The notes: generated by a model from the letters alone, not told the origin. Positions 1 to 10,977 are shown, counted from the stretch's first letter. The stretch: DNA of 64,000 nucleotides from an uncultured Arcobacter sp. (GCA_965140705.1 OZ223300.1:64001-128000), one strand, 5' to 3'. Made by a program: numbers and translations.

Positions 1-303
1 AAAGTTTGGATTACAGGACTAAGAGCTGCACAAAGCGTTACAAGAGTTGAAATGCCATTAGTTGAGTGGGATGAAAACTTTCAAGTAATAAAAGTAAATC
101 CTCTTATATCTTGGAGTGAAGAAGATGTATGGAAATATATAAAAGAAAATAAAGTTCCATACAATAAACTTCATGACCTTGGGTTTCCAAGTATTGGATG
201 TGCACCCTGTACAAGGGCTGTAAAAGAAGGTGAAGATATTAGAAGTGGAAGATGGTGGTGGGAAAACCCAGAACATAAAGAGTGTGGATTACACGCAAAA
301 TAG
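1..303 (+). CDS. cysH: APS/PAPS reductase, 3' part (5' end outside window)
   Basis: Frame open from base 1 (KVWITGLRAAQS...); contains SIGCAPCT and C-terminal ECGLH; lies upstream of cysDN. Confidence 0.93.
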   Translation, partial: KVWITGLRAAQSVTRVEMPLVEWDENFQVIKVNPLISWSEEDVWKYIKENKVPYNKLHDLGFPSIGCAPCTRAVKEGEDIRSGRWWWENPEHKECGLHAK

Positions 304-367
304 ATGAATCAAACTTTTAATTTGAAAGAATCTAAAAAAATATTTAAATACAATTAATGGAGAGATT

Positions 368-1279
368 ATGATAAGTAAGGAAAGACTTACCCATTTAAAA
401 CAGCTAGAAGCAGAATCAATACATATAATGAGAGAAGTAATAGCAGAATTCCAAAATCCTGCAATGCTCTACTCTGTAGGAAAAGATTCTTCTGTAATGT
501 TACACATATTACAAAAAGCTTTTTATCCAGCTCCTCCACCACTTCCATTAGTACATGTTGATACAACGTGGAAGTTTAAAGAGATGATAGAATTTCGTGA
601 TAAACGGGCAAAAGAGGTTGGAATGGAACTTATTGTTTATTCTAATCCAAAAGGTTTAGAGATGAATATTTCTCCTTTTACTCATGGAAGTGCTGTACAT
701 ACTGATATTATGAAAACAGAAGGTCTAAAACAAATGCTAGATATCCAAAAATTTGATGCAGTATTTGGTGGAGCTAGACGGGATGAAGAAAAATCTCGTG
801 CAAAAGAGAGAATCTATTCATTTAGAGATGAAAACCATAGATGGGATCCAAAGAATCAAAGACCAGAGTTATGGAATATTTATAATGGAAGACACACAAA
901 AGGTGAATCTATTAGAGTTTTTCCAATATCAAACTGGACAGAACTTGATGTTTGGCAATATATCTATTTAGAAGGAATTCCTATTCCTGATTTATACTTC
1001 TCAAAAGAGCGTGAAGTAGTAGAATATATGGGCACAAAAATCATGGTTGATGATGATAGAATGCCTGAAGAATTACGAAAGACTGCTAAAAAAGAGAAAG
1101 TGAGATTTAGAACACTTGGTTGTTATCCTTTAACTGGTGCAGTAAATAGTGAAGCTTCAACTCTACCTGAGATTATTCAAGAGATGTTGATTTGTACAAC
1201 TAGTGAGAGACAAGGAAGACTTATAGATAGTGATGGTGAAGCATCAATGGAGAAGAAAAAACAAGAGGGGTATTTTTAA
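368..1279 (+). CDS. cysD: Sulfate adenylyltransferase subunit 2
   Basis: SVGKDS PP-loop, [22 protein letters not shown], ends EGYF. Confidence 0.97.
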   Translation: MISKERLTHLKQLEAESIHIMREVIAEFQNPAMLYSVGKDSSVMLHILQKAFYPAPPPLPLVHVDTTWKFKEMIEFRDKRAKEVGMELIVYSNPKGLEMNISPFTHGSAVHTDIMKTEGLKQMLDIQKFDAVFGGARRDEEKSRAKERIYSFRDENHRWDPKNQRPELWNIYNGRHTKGESIRVFPISNWTELDVWQYIYLEGIPIPDLYFSKEREVVEYMGTKIMVDDDRMPEELRKTAKKEKVRFRTLGCYPLTGAVNSEASTLPEIIQEMLICTTSERQGRLIDSDGEASMEKKKQEGYF

Positions 1280-1280
1280 G

Positions 1281-2747
1281 ATGGCACACCAATCAGATTT
1301 GATAGCTGAAAATATTGAACAATATTTAAAAGAACATGAAAATAAAGAGATACTAAGATTTATAACATGTGGTTCAGTTGATGATGGGAAAAGTACTCTA
1401 ATTGGAAGATTACTTTATGATTCAAAAATGATTTTTGAAGACCAATTAGCTGCAATTGAAAAAGATAGTAAAAAAAGTGGAACTACTGGAGATAAAATTG
1501 ACTTAGCACTTTTAGTTGATGGATTAGCTAGTGAAAGAGAGCAAGGTATTACTATTGATGTAGCTTATAGATTTTTCTCAACTGAAAAAAGAAAATTTAT
1601 CATAGCAGATACTCCAGGACATGAACAATACACAAGAAATATGGCAACTGGTGCTAGTACAGCAGATGTAGCCATTATCTTAATTGATGCAAGGTCTGGC
1701 GTGTTGACACAAACAAAAAGACACTCCTTTATAGCTTCTCTTCTTGGGATTAAAAATCTTATTGTTGCTATAAATAAAATGGACTTAGTTGATTTTGACC
1801 AAGATAGATTTGAAGAAATTAAAAAAGATTATGAGATAATTATCCCTAATCTTCCACATAATGAAGATATCAATTTTGAGTATATTCCAATCTCTGCATT
1901 AGATGGAGATAATATCCTTACAAATTCACCAAAATCTACTTGGTATAAAGGTCTTCCATTGATGGAATTATTAGATACTATTGATATTCATAAAGCTGAG
2001 AATCATGATTTTAGATTACCAGTTCAGTATGTATCTCGTCCTCATTTGAACTTTAGAGGATTTTCTGGAACAATTGCAAGTGGGAAGATTAGTGTAGGTG
2101 ATGAGATTACAGTTTTACCATCAAGAAAAACTTCTGTTGTAAAATCTATTGTTTCAAATGAAATTAAAGATTTAAGACCAATAGGGAAAGATGAAACTGT
2201 TGAGACTATGGAGACAGCATTTGCTCCAATGGCTACAACAATTACATTAAAAGATGAGATTGATATTTCAAGGGGTGATATGATTGTAAAATCAAGCTCT
2301 ATTCCACAAGTATCGAATAAGCTTGAAGTGATGGTAGTTTGGATGGATGAGAAAAAGCTTGAACTTAATAGTAACTATATTATTAAAAGAGCGACTTCTG
2401 TTATAAATGGTGCCTTTAAATCAATAGAGTATAAAAAAGATATTAATACTTTTGATGAAGTTAAAGCGAAGCATTTAGAATTAAATGATATTGCAAAATG
2501 TACCCTAGCAATAGATAGACAAATTGCAGTTGATCCATATAATAAAAATAGATATACAGGAAGTTTTATTATCATCGATAGATATACAAATACAACAGTT
2601 GGTGCAGGAATGATTGTATCTTCAGTTATGAATGAATCTGTAGATAAAGAAGAACAAATAAGAGAATATACAAAAGCAGAAATTGAACTTAATGCTTATA
2701 TTAGAAATAATTACCCAGAATGGGGATGTAAAGAAGTTTTAGGATAA
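1281..2747 (+). CDS. cysN: Sulfate adenylyltransferase subunit 1 (GTPase), no fused APS kinase
   Basis: GSVDDGKST, GITIDVAY, DTPGH, NKMD; start taken as ATG 1281 (MAHQSD) directly after the cysD stop. Confidence 0.96.
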   Translation: MAHQSDLIAENIEQYLKEHENKEILRFITCGSVDDGKSTLIGRLLYDSKMIFEDQLAAIEKDSKKSGTTGDKIDLALLVDGLASEREQGITIDVAYRFFSTEKRKFIIADTPGHEQYTRNMATGASTADVAIILIDARSGVLTQTKRHSFIASLLGIKNLIVAINKMDLVDFDQDRFEEIKKDYEIIIPNLPHNEDINFEYIPISALDGDNILTNSPKSTWYKGLPLMELLDTIDIHKAENHDFRLPVQYVSRPHLNFRGFSGTIASGKISVGDEITVLPSRKTSVVKSIVSNEIKDLRPIGKDETVETMETAFAPMATTITLKDEIDISRGDMIVKSSSIPQVSNKLEVMVVWMDEKKLELNSNYIIKRATSVINGAFKSIEYKKDINTFDEVKAKHLELNDIAKCTLAIDRQIAVDPYNKNRYTGSFIIIDRYTNTTVGAGMIVSSVMNESVDKEEQIREYTKAEIELNAYIRNNYPEWGCKEVLG

Positions 2748-2753
2748 ATATTT

Positions 2754-2777
2754 GGTCCCTTCTAAAATGGGACATTT
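2754..2777. repeat. Short palindromic REP-like element, copy 1 (GGTCCC-N-GGGACATTT)
   Basis: ggtcccttctaaaatgggacattt; near-identical copy at 40351-40373. Confidence 0.55.
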
Positions 2778-2792
2778 TTCAAGGATTAGATA

Positions 2793-4382
2793 ATGGCAAA
2801 AGAGAGTGCAGCTCAAAGAGTAGAGCGAATAAAAAAAGAGAAGAACGGTTTAGATGTATTAAAAGATATATATGTCTACGCTGTTTTAGGTGAAGAAGTA
2901 GACCCAGAAGATATTGATAGATTTAAGTGGTATGGACTTTACACTCAAAATAGAAATCTTCAAGCAGAAGATGACCCAACTTTATATTTTATGTTAAGAA
3001 TAAAATTAGAACATGGTGCTATGAATTTAGAACAACTAAGAGAAGTATCTGCAATATCTAAAGATTATGCAAGGGGAACTGCTGATTTTACAACTAGACA
3101 GGATATTCAACTGCACTATATCCAAGTAAAAGATTTACCTGAAATATTTAGAAGACTAAATGAAGTTGGCTTGTCAACAATTTTTGCAGCGGGAGATGTT
3201 CCAAGAAACGTTATAACTTGTCCCGTTTCAGGAATAGATCATGATGAATTATATGATGTTCGACCAATAGTTGATAAGGTGAATAATTATCTAAGAGGAA
3301 ATAAAAACTTATCAAACTTACCAAGAAAATATAAAATTGGTATTAGTGCATGTCATAAACACTGTATAGGGCATGAGATTCAGGACTTATCTTTTACAGC
3401 AGTTCCTTGTGATTGTAGTGACAAAGTACTTTTTGATGTAAGTGTTGGAGGAGGATTGGCTTCTGCTATGGGAATTGCACATCACATTGGATTTGTTACC
3501 CCTTCTCAAATTTTACCAATAGTAAAAGCTGTTAGTACTATATATAGAGACCATGGATTAAGGGAAAATAGAAGAAAAGCAAGACTTAGTCACTTAATCA
3601 ATGAATGGGGAATTGAAAAGTTTAAAGAAAAAGTAATTGCTAAGTCAAAAGTTGCTATAAAAGAAGAGAAAATAATGGAGTATACTCCTTATGCAAAAAG
3701 AGAGCATTTTGGAATTCATGATTCTAAAGAAAAAGCAAAATCATATATAGGTTGTGCTATAAATGGTGGACATATTGGTTCACAAGGGCTAGAAGACTTA
3801 GCTGTTATTTTAGAAAAACATGGTGCAACAACAATTAAAACTACAATTACTCAAAATTTTGTAGTAAAAGATGTACCAACTAAAAATGCAGAAGATTTAG
3901 CAGAAGAGTTAAAAACAATTGGAATAGAGGCTTTTCCTAGCCCTTTTAAAGCAAGAACTCTTTCATGTACTGGATTAAATTTTTGTAAATTTGCTATTTC
4001 AGAGACTAAAGACAAGGCAATTTCTCTTGCAGAACATTTAGAGAAAAAATTTCCTAACTTCAAAGAGACCGTCTCTATATCTGTAAATGGTTGTCCAAAC
4101 TCTTGTGCTCATCCACATGTGGTTGACATAGGTTTACTTGGATTAAAAATGAAAAATGACGAGGGTGTTACTGTTCCAGGATTTGAACTTATTTTAGGTG
4201 GAAATCTAGAGGGAAGTAAATCTAACTTTGGTAAAAAAGTTAAACTCAAATTTTTACCAGAAAAAGCTGAAGGTATTTTAGAAAATATCATCCAAAAATA
4301 TATCGATAGTGGTGAAAATAGTTTAAATAAATTTTTAAAAGAGAGAATAAATGACGAAGAATTTGTTTCGTCCCTTCATTAA
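2793..4382 (+). CDS. Siroheme sulfite/nitrite reductase (CysI/Sir-like)
   Basis: TTRQDIQ, CTGLNFC and NGCPNSC siroheme/[4Fe-4S] ligands; within the cys operon. Confidence 0.9.
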   Translation: MAKESAAQRVERIKKEKNGLDVLKDIYVYAVLGEEVDPEDIDRFKWYGLYTQNRNLQAEDDPTLYFMLRIKLEHGAMNLEQLREVSAISKDYARGTADFTTRQDIQLHYIQVKDLPEIFRRLNEVGLSTIFAAGDVPRNVITCPVSGIDHDELYDVRPIVDKVNNYLRGNKNLSNLPRKYKIGISACHKHCIGHEIQDLSFTAVPCDCSDKVLFDVSVGGGLASAMGIAHHIGFVTPSQILPIVKAVSTIYRDHGLRENRRKARLSHLINEWGIEKFKEKVIAKSKVAIKEEKIMEYTPYAKREHFGIHDSKEKAKSYIGCAINGGHIGSQGLEDLAVILEKHGATTIKTTITQNFVVKDVPTKNAEDLAEELKTIGIEAFPSPFKARTLSCTGLNFCKFAISETKDKAISLAEHLEKKFPNFKETVSISVNGCPNSCAHPHVVDIGLLGLKMKNDEGVTVPGFELILGGNLEGSKSNFGKKVKLKFLPEKAEGILENIIQKYIDSGENSLNKFLKERINDEEFVSSLH

Positions 4383-5655
4383 TCAACATACTGACAAACT
4401 TCAATACTTAAAGTATGGAACAATAGGTAAGCACAAAAGTGCTTACTTTGACTATACAGCTTCAGGATTAGCATTTAGGCCTATTGAAAATCGTATTTAT
4501 GATATGCTAACAACATATGCAAATACACACTCAAAAGAGTCAGGTATGGCCAATCAAACAAATAGTTATTATGAAGAAGCATTAACTAATTTAAAAAAAT
4601 CTTTAGATTTAAATGATGAATTTGAAATAATCCCAAGTGGTTGTGGATCAACTGCTGCAATTAAAAGATTTCAAGAGTTATTAGGACTTTATATTCCCCC
4701 AGCTACTAAAAAAAGATTGAATATTAATATTGACAAATCAAAACTTCCCCTTGTAATAGTAGGTCCATATGAACATCACTCAAATGAGATAAGCTATAGG
4801 GAAGCTATGTGCGAAACTGCTAGAATAGGACTTACAAGTGAGGGATTAGTAGACTTAGAAGAGCTTGAAAAAGTCTTAGAAAAGAATCAACACAGAGAAC
4901 TCATAGGTTCATTTTGCATAGCTTCAAATGTTACTGGAATAGTAACTTGTTATAAAGATATTTCTAAAATACTTAGACGATACAATGCCCTTGTATGTCT
5001 AGATGCAGCAGCTTCTTCTTCATATATGAATATTGATTGTAATTATTATGATGTGATGTATGTCTCTCCTCACAAACTTTTAGGGGGACCAGGTTCTTGT
5101 GGACTTCTTATAATAAAAAAAGATTTAATAGACCCTAGCTTATCACCTACTTTTGCAGGTGGAGGAACAGTTACTTATGTAAATAAATCTACTGTTGAGT
5201 ATGAAAAAGATTTAAGAGCAAGGGAAACAGCAGGAACTCCTGGAATAATACAAGTAATAAAAGCAAGTCTTGCTTATCAACTAAGAAATGAGATAGGTTT
5301 TGATTTTATACAAAAAAGAAAAAATGAATTGTTGAAGTATTTTTTAAAAGAAGCACAAAATATACCAAATATAATCATCTATGGCAATCAAAAATCATAC
5401 AATATTGGTATTGTTTCCTTTAATATAAAAGATTTCGACCCATATACAATATGTGAAAAAATTTCAACAAAAGATGGAATCCAAACTAGAGCTGGATGTT
5501 CATGTGCTGGACCATATGGTCATGACTTATTACACTTTGATAATAAAGATGAATTAGATAAAAAACCAGGTTGGATAAGAGTCTCTATTCATTTTACTCA
5601 AACAAAAGAAGAGATAGATGAGCTAATAAAAGCTCTTAAAAAAGCTATCATATAG
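4351..5655 (+). CDS. Class V aminotransferase / cysteine desulfurase-like PLP enzyme
   Basis: YFDYTASG, EHHSN, SPHK (PLP Lys), RAGCSCAG; overlaps the upstream gene by 32 bp. Confidence 0.85.
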   Translation: MTKNLFRPFINQHTDKLQYLKYGTIGKHKSAYFDYTASGLAFRPIENRIYDMLTTYANTHSKESGMANQTNSYYEEALTNLKKSLDLNDEFEIIPSGCGSTAAIKRFQELLGLYIPPATKKRLNINIDKSKLPLVIVGPYEHHSNEISYREAMCETARIGLTSEGLVDLEELEKVLEKNQHRELIGSFCIASNVTGIVTCYKDISKILRRYNALVCLDAAASSSYMNIDCNYYDVMYVSPHKLLGGPGSCGLLIIKKDLIDPSLSPTFAGGGTVTYVNKSTVEYEKDLRARETAGTPGIIQVIKASLAYQLRNEIGFDFIQKRKNELLKYFLKEAQNIPNIIIYGNQKSYNIGIVSFNIKDFDPYTICEKISTKDGIQTRAGCSCAGPYGHDLLHFDNKDELDKKPGWIRVSIHFTQTKEEIDELIKALKKAII

Positions 5656-5678
5656 AAATAATCACAAAATACAATTAA

Positions 5679-5712
5679 TTGTAATTGCTTTGTAACTTTA
5701 AACATATAAAAT
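5679..5712 (+). promoter_or_regulatory. TTGTAA direct repeat (11-bp period) followed by -10 TAAAAT upstream of phoX
   Basis: ttgtaa-ttgct-ttgtaa 5679-5695; taaaat 5707-5712. Confidence 0.4.
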
Positions 5713-5744
5713 CCTGAATATTGATTCAAATTTAGGAGTAAGAT

Positions 5745-7559
5745 ATGAAAAACAAAGTAATTACAGCTTCAGTTATTGCAGCATCTGTTCTATTTTCAGC
5801 ATGTGCAACAAAATCAACAATGGCAAATAATGCAACAATGCATGATATTAAATTCAGTGGTGTTGCAGTTCCAACAACTGATAGTGAAAAAAGAAAAATT
5901 TTCGCTTCAAATCAAATCGAAGTTGATGGGAAAAAAACAAAAATTGGATATAACACAATTTTAAGAAGTGGAGATAAAGTAGGTAATGGTGTTTTTGGTT
6001 TAGTATATGACAAAAATGGAAATCCTATAAGAGAAAAAGATGGTTCTTTTAAAATCTCAAACTCAAATGACTTCTCTTCACTTTTACCTGTTGGTAAAAA
6101 ACTTTTTATGGTTTCACACTTTGAAACTAGACCAGCTGCTGTATATGTTACTGAGTTAAAACAATCTAAAGATGGTAAATTGACAGCTGTAAATACAAAA
6201 AACGTTGACTTCTCAAATATGAATGGATTATGGGTTCCTTGTGCAGGTAGTGTAACTCCATGGAATACTCACTTAGGAAGTGAAGAGTATGAACCAGATG
6301 CAAGAGCAGTTAAAGAAAATGGTTCTATTAATGCTTATTATGATGCAATGGCATCTTATTTTGATGGAGATTTAAAAGCACTAAATCCTTATGATTATGG
6401 ATGGACTACTGAAATAAAAGTTCTTAATGAAAAAGGTGATGTAAAAGCTGAAAAACATTATGCAATGGGTAGATTTGCACATGAATTAGCATATGTTATG
6501 CCTGATGAAAAAACAGTTTATTTATCAGATGATGGTACAAATGTAGCTTTATATATGTTTATTGCTGATAAAGCAAAAGATTTAAGTTCTGGTACTTTAT
6601 ATGCTGCAAAATGGGATCAAACAAGTGATTTAGGGGCTGGAAGTGCAAATATAAAATGGGTAAATTTAGGTCACTCTTCTGATGATTATATTAAAGCTGG
6701 ATTAGACCAAAGATTGACTTTTAATGATTTATTTGAAACATCTAAATTTCCAAAATTAGGATTCACTTCAATAAATACAACAATGGGTCAAGAATATTTA
6801 AAAATCAAACCAGGTATGGAAAAATTAGCTTCAAGAATGGAAGCTAGAAGATATGCAGCAATAAAAGGTGCTACTACTGAATTTAGAAAAATGGAAGGTA
6901 TTACTTACAATCCAAATGATAACAAAATATATTTATCTATCTCTGAAATCTCAAAAGGGATGGAAAATCGTATGAAAAAAGGTAAAGCAAACAACAAATA
7001 TGACACTGGTGGAAACAACGACATTAGAGTGGATTACAACAAATGTGGTGCTGTATATGAGTTAAACTTAGCTTATGCTGACGATATCCAATCAGCTACA
7101 GATGGTTCTTATATTAATTCTAATTATATAGTAAAATCTATGGATGGATTAATTGCAGGTAGACTTAACAAAGGAACAGGAGAATTAGCTAAAGCAAATA
7201 AATGTTCTCTTGATGGCTTAGCAAATCCTGATAATATAACTTTTATTCCAAATACAAATACTTTAATTATAGGTGAAGATACAGGTTCTGGACACCAAAA
7301 TGACTTTATTTGGTCTTATAATATAAAACAAAAAAAATTAACAAGAATATTAACATCTCCTTATGGTTCAGAAACAACTTCTGCATATTACTATAACAAT
7401 ATTGGTGGACATGGATATCTTATGGCAGTTATTCAACATCCATATGGGGAAGGTGATGCAATTACAAAAGAAGAAGATATGCCTTCAAATGCAAAATCAG
7501 TTGGTGATATGAAAGCTTATACAGGCTATGTAGGACCACTTCCTGTAATTACTAAATAA
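5745..7559 (+). CDS. phoX: PhoX-family (DUF839) alkaline phosphatase, lipoprotein
   Basis: CAGSVTPWNTHLGSEEYE, GRFAHE, EG, NPDNI, IGED, IQHP motifs; lipobox LFSAC. Confidence 0.85.
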   Translation: MKNKVITASVIAASVLFSACATKSTMANNATMHDIKFSGVAVPTTDSEKRKIFASNQIEVDGKKTKIGYNTILRSGDKVGNGVFGLVYDKNGNPIREKDGSFKISNSNDFSSLLPVGKKLFMVSHFETRPAAVYVTELKQSKDGKLTAVNTKNVDFSNMNGLWVPCAGSVTPWNTHLGSEEYEPDARAVKENGSINAYYDAMASYFDGDLKALNPYDYGWTTEIKVLNEKGDVKAEKHYAMGRFAHELAYVMPDEKTVYLSDDGTNVALYMFIADKAKDLSSGTLYAAKWDQTSDLGAGSANIKWVNLGHSSDDYIKAGLDQRLTFNDLFETSKFPKLGFTSINTTMGQEYLKIKPGMEKLASRMEARRYAAIKGATTEFRKMEGITYNPNDNKIYLSISEISKGMENRMKKGKANNKYDTGGNNDIRVDYNKCGAVYELNLAYADDIQSATDGSYINSNYIVKSMDGLIAGRLNKGTGELAKANKCSLDGLANPDNITFIPNTNTLIIGEDTGSGHQNDFIWSYNIKQKKLTRILTSPYGSETTSAYYYNNIGGHGYLMAVIQHPYGEGDAITKEEDMPSNAKSVGDMKAYTGYVGPLPVITK

Positions 7560-7564
7560 ATTCA

Positions 7565-9241
7565 ATGATGCAAAAATTTACATTTATAATTACAGTGCTT
7601 TTAAGCACTGTAATACTTCAAGCAAATAAAGTTGACTTAACAAACTCTTTTATTAATAACCCAACAGCTTATATTCCAAGTCAATGTTATACAAAAACAG
7701 CATATGGAAAAGATAATCAAATTTTGAGCAATCCATGTTTTTCTTGTCACAATACAAATAAAACACCTAACTTTATCACTTCCGATGAGGATTTACAAGA
7801 GAGTTATGACTTCCCAGAACCTGGATTAAAAAATCATTGGACAAACCTTTTTAAAGATAGAACAAAAGAAGTAAATAATATTTCAGATGAAGAGATTTTA
7901 AAATATATAAGAGAAGATAACTATAAAGATAAAAGTCACAATCTCATCCTTGCTCAAAAATTAGAAAATATTCCAAAAGATTGGGATTCAAATCAAAATG
8001 GAAAATGGGATGGATATATTCCTGATTGTTATTTTAACTTTGATAAAGAAGGTTTTGATAGAAAGCCAAATGGCAATATTACTGGATGGAGAGCCTTTGC
8101 TTATTATCCTTTCTTAGGAACTTTTTGGCCAACAAATGGAAGTACAGATGATGTGCTTATTCGTTTACCTGAAATCTTTTGGAAAGATATAAATGGTAAA
8201 TTTGATTTGAATATTTATAAAATAAACCTCTCTATTGTTGAAAGTCTATTAAAACAAAAAACAATCTCGACAGAAAAAATAGATGAAAAAAAATATGGAG
8301 TGGATTTAAATCAAGATGGGAAATTAACTACTGCAGAAAAAATAGTATTTAAATGGACTATTCCCAATTATGATATTTCAACAAATAAACTAACAAATTT
8401 TTCAATGACTTATGTGGGTTTAGCAAAAGATGCTTTATTGAAAAATGAGATTCATATTGCACCTGGTCTTTATCCAAAAGGTACAGAATTTCTACACTCT
8501 GTTAGATATTTAGATATAAAAGACTCTTCTATAAAAATGTCTTCAAGAATGAAAGAACTTCGTTATGCTAAAAAAAGATATTGGGTAAGTTATTCAAAAA
8601 TGAAAGATATAGTAGGTGAAGAGGTAAAAGAAGAACATGACTTTCCAGATAGAGTAGAAGAGTATACTGGAAATATTGAAATAGGATTAAACAACAAAAA
8701 AGGCTGGTTTTATCAAGGTTTTATTGAAGATGAAAAAGGTAATCTAAGACCACAAAGTCAAGAAGAGACTCTTTCTTGTATGGGTTGTCATACTGGCTTA
8801 GCAGTTACAGCTGATTCAACTTTTGTTTTCCAAAGAAAATTTGAAAATGACCCATTTGCAAATGGTTGGTATCATTGGAGTGAAAAAGGATTAAAAAATG
8901 TCCCTGATAAAAAACTAAGTAATGGAGAGACTGAATATGCTAGATATTTAAGGGAAAATAAAGCGGGTGATGAATTTAGAGCAAATGAAGAGGTTATGAA
9001 TAAATTCTTTTACAAAGACCTAAAGCTTAAAAAATCTGCCATAAATAGACTTAAAAAAGATATTACTTACTTAATTATCCCAAGCAAAAGAAGAGCTCTA
9101 AATCTTAACAAAGCCTATAAAGTTATTGTAGATGAGCAAAGTTTTATTTATGGGAAAGCTGCCCATGTAAAACCTTTAAAAAATGTTCATAAAAAAGTAA
9201 CTCAAGGAGAAACTACTCACCTTAAAGAAATTACAAATTGA
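7565..9241 (+). CDS. Exported protein with two CxxCH motifs (putative dihaem c-type cytochrome)
   Basis: Signal peptide; CFSCH and CMGCH; starts 5 bp after phoX. Confidence 0.65.
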   Translation: MMQKFTFIITVLLSTVILQANKVDLTNSFINNPTAYIPSQCYTKTAYGKDNQILSNPCFSCHNTNKTPNFITSDEDLQESYDFPEPGLKNHWTNLFKDRTKEVNNISDEEILKYIREDNYKDKSHNLILAQKLENIPKDWDSNQNGKWDGYIPDCYFNFDKEGFDRKPNGNITGWRAFAYYPFLGTFWPTNGSTDDVLIRLPEIFWKDINGKFDLNIYKINLSIVESLLKQKTISTEKIDEKKYGVDLNQDGKLTTAEKIVFKWTIPNYDISTNKLTNFSMTYVGLAKDALLKNEIHIAPGLYPKGTEFLHSVRYLDIKDSSIKMSSRMKELRYAKKRYWVSYSKMKDIVGEEVKEEHDFPDRVEEYTGNIEIGLNNKKGWFYQGFIEDEKGNLRPQSQEETLSCMGCHTGLAVTADSTFVFQRKFENDPFANGWYHWSEKGLKNVPDKKLSNGETEYARYLRENKAGDEFRANEEVMNKFFYKDLKLKKSAINRLKKDITYLIIPSKRRALNLNKAYKVIVDEQSFIYGKAAHVKPLKNVHKKVTQGETTHLKEITN

Positions 9242-9260
9242 TTTACTCAATTTGTAATTT
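9228..9260 (+). terminator. 14-bp perfect inverted repeat at the end of the phoX operon
   Basis: aaattacaaattga-tttac-tcaatttgtaattt. Confidence 0.55.
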
Positions 9261-9294
9261 AAGATTAATTAATCTTTACTAGTTATAATCCTAC

Positions 9295-10410
9295 ATGAGA
9301 TTTATAATATTTGCCACAATTTTTTTATTAGTAATGGGATTATTAAGTCTTTTTATTTCAAAAAGATTTATTAATAAATTAGATATTCCCAAAAAATCAA
9401 AACTATTTTTAAATATATTTTTGCTGATTAATTTTTTAGGTGTCATTGCTTACATGTGCACTAGATACTTATTCTCAGTACCAAATGACTTATACTTTTT
9501 ACTTTCACTTCCTATTGGTGTTATTTTTTTACTTTTTTGTACAACCTTGATGTATGAAGTTCTTTCCCATCTTCCAAAAATTAGAAAAGATGAAAAAAGA
9601 AGAGCTTTTATGAAAAAGTCAATTGACTTTGGTTCACTTGCTTTTGCCACATCTATTACTGCAAAAGCCATATATAATGCAAAACAATCTTATATTGAAA
9701 ATGTAAATGTAAAAATCCCTAACTTAAAAAAACCATATAATGTAGTTCAATTAAGTGATGTGCATATTGGAGGATTGATAGACCAAAATTTTATTAAAAA
9801 TATTGTTTATAAAGTAAATAAACTAAATCCTGATGCAATTTTTATAACAGGGGATTTAGTAGATACAGATATCAACTTTGCAAAAAAGGCAGTTGATGAA
9901 CTTGAAAATCTAAAATCAAAATATGGTACATACTATATAGTTGGAAATCATGAATATTTTCATGGTGTAGAAGAGATAATGGCATACTTAAAATCTATAA
10001 ACATTAAAGTTTTAGAAAATGAGAATATCTATATCGGCGAAGAAAATCAGGGCTTTAATTTAGCAGGTGTTTATGATGTATTTGGATATAGAACAAATAA
10101 GTTTGCACCAGATATTAAAAAAGCTTTAGAAAATGTAAAAGATTCTCCCACAATTTTATTAGCTCACCAACCTAAATATATCAAAGAACTTGATAAACAG
10201 AATATTGATTTAGTCTTAAGTGGACATACTCATGGAGGACAAATTGTTCCTTTTAATTTACTAGTTAGACTTGCTCAACCATACATAAAAGGTCTACATC
10301 AACATAATTCTAAAACTCAAATATATGTAAGTAAAGGAACAGGCTTTTGGGGACCACCTATGAGACTAGGTGCTAGTTCTGAAATCACACATTTAAAACT
10401 CACTTCTTAA
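9295..10410 (+). CDS. Membrane-anchored metallophosphoesterase (YkuE-like)
   Basis: SDVH, GDLVD, GNHE, AHQP, GHTHGGQ; N-terminal TM helices. Confidence 0.9.
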   Translation: MRFIIFATIFLLVMGLLSLFISKRFINKLDIPKKSKLFLNIFLLINFLGVIAYMCTRYLFSVPNDLYFLLSLPIGVIFLLFCTTLMYEVLSHLPKIRKDEKRRAFMKKSIDFGSLAFATSITAKAIYNAKQSYIENVNVKIPNLKKPYNVVQLSDVHIGGLIDQNFIKNIVYKVNKLNPDAIFITGDLVDTDINFAKKAVDELENLKSKYGTYYIVGNHEYFHGVEEIMAYLKSINIKVLENENIYIGEENQGFNLAGVYDVFGYRTNKFAPDIKKALENVKDSPTILLAHQPKYIKELDKQNIDLVLSGHTHGGQIVPFNLLVRLAQPYIKGLHQHNSKTQIYVSKGTGFWGPPMRLGASSEITHLKLTS

Positions 10411-10580
10411 TTTCAATTAATTACATTTTTGCTTTTAATTTCCAATTAATAATAAATTCATTATTATAATAATAAACTTAATTAACTGTTGTCTTAAATT
10501 ATATTATTACTTATTGCTATTTATTTGCAACTAAAATATATTATAATAATCTTAAATACAAATTTCTAAAAGGATTACAC

Positions 10581-10967
10581 ATGGCTAATAAAGAAATTTT
10601 ATTGGATTCAACCTCATTTATTGTTTCAGAAACTGATGAAAAAGGCATTATTAGATATGCTAATGATGAATTTTGTGAAGTGAGTAATTACTCTTTAGAA
10701 GAACTTATTGGGAAACCCCATAAGTTACTAAGACATAAAGATATGCCAAAAGAGGCATTTGAAGATTTATGGAAAACAATTCAAAATGGTAATATATGGA
10801 AAGGCTTTGTAAAAAATAGAACGAAAAATGATGATTATTATTGGGTATATGCCACAGTATATCCACTTACTTTAAGTGATGGAAGTAAAGGATATATGTC
10901 ATGTAGAAAAGTTGCATCAAGAGATGAAATTGAAAAAGCTATAAAACTTTATAGTACTATGAAATAA
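10581..10967 (+). CDS. Stand-alone PAS protein (Aer/CetB-like)
   Basis: [32 protein letters not shown]. Confidence 0.88.
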   Translation: MANKEILLDSTSFIVSETDEKGIIRYANDEFCEVSNYSLEELIGKPHKLLRHKDMPKEAFEDLWKTIQNGNIWKGFVKNRTKNDDYYWVYATVYPLTLSDGSKGYMSCRKVASRDEIEKAIKLYSTMK

Positions 10968-10977
10968 GGATATCCCA

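Noticed and set aside
1230..1280. Longer cysN start in the ORF track
   Set aside because: Overlaps the cysD end; ATG 1281 fits better
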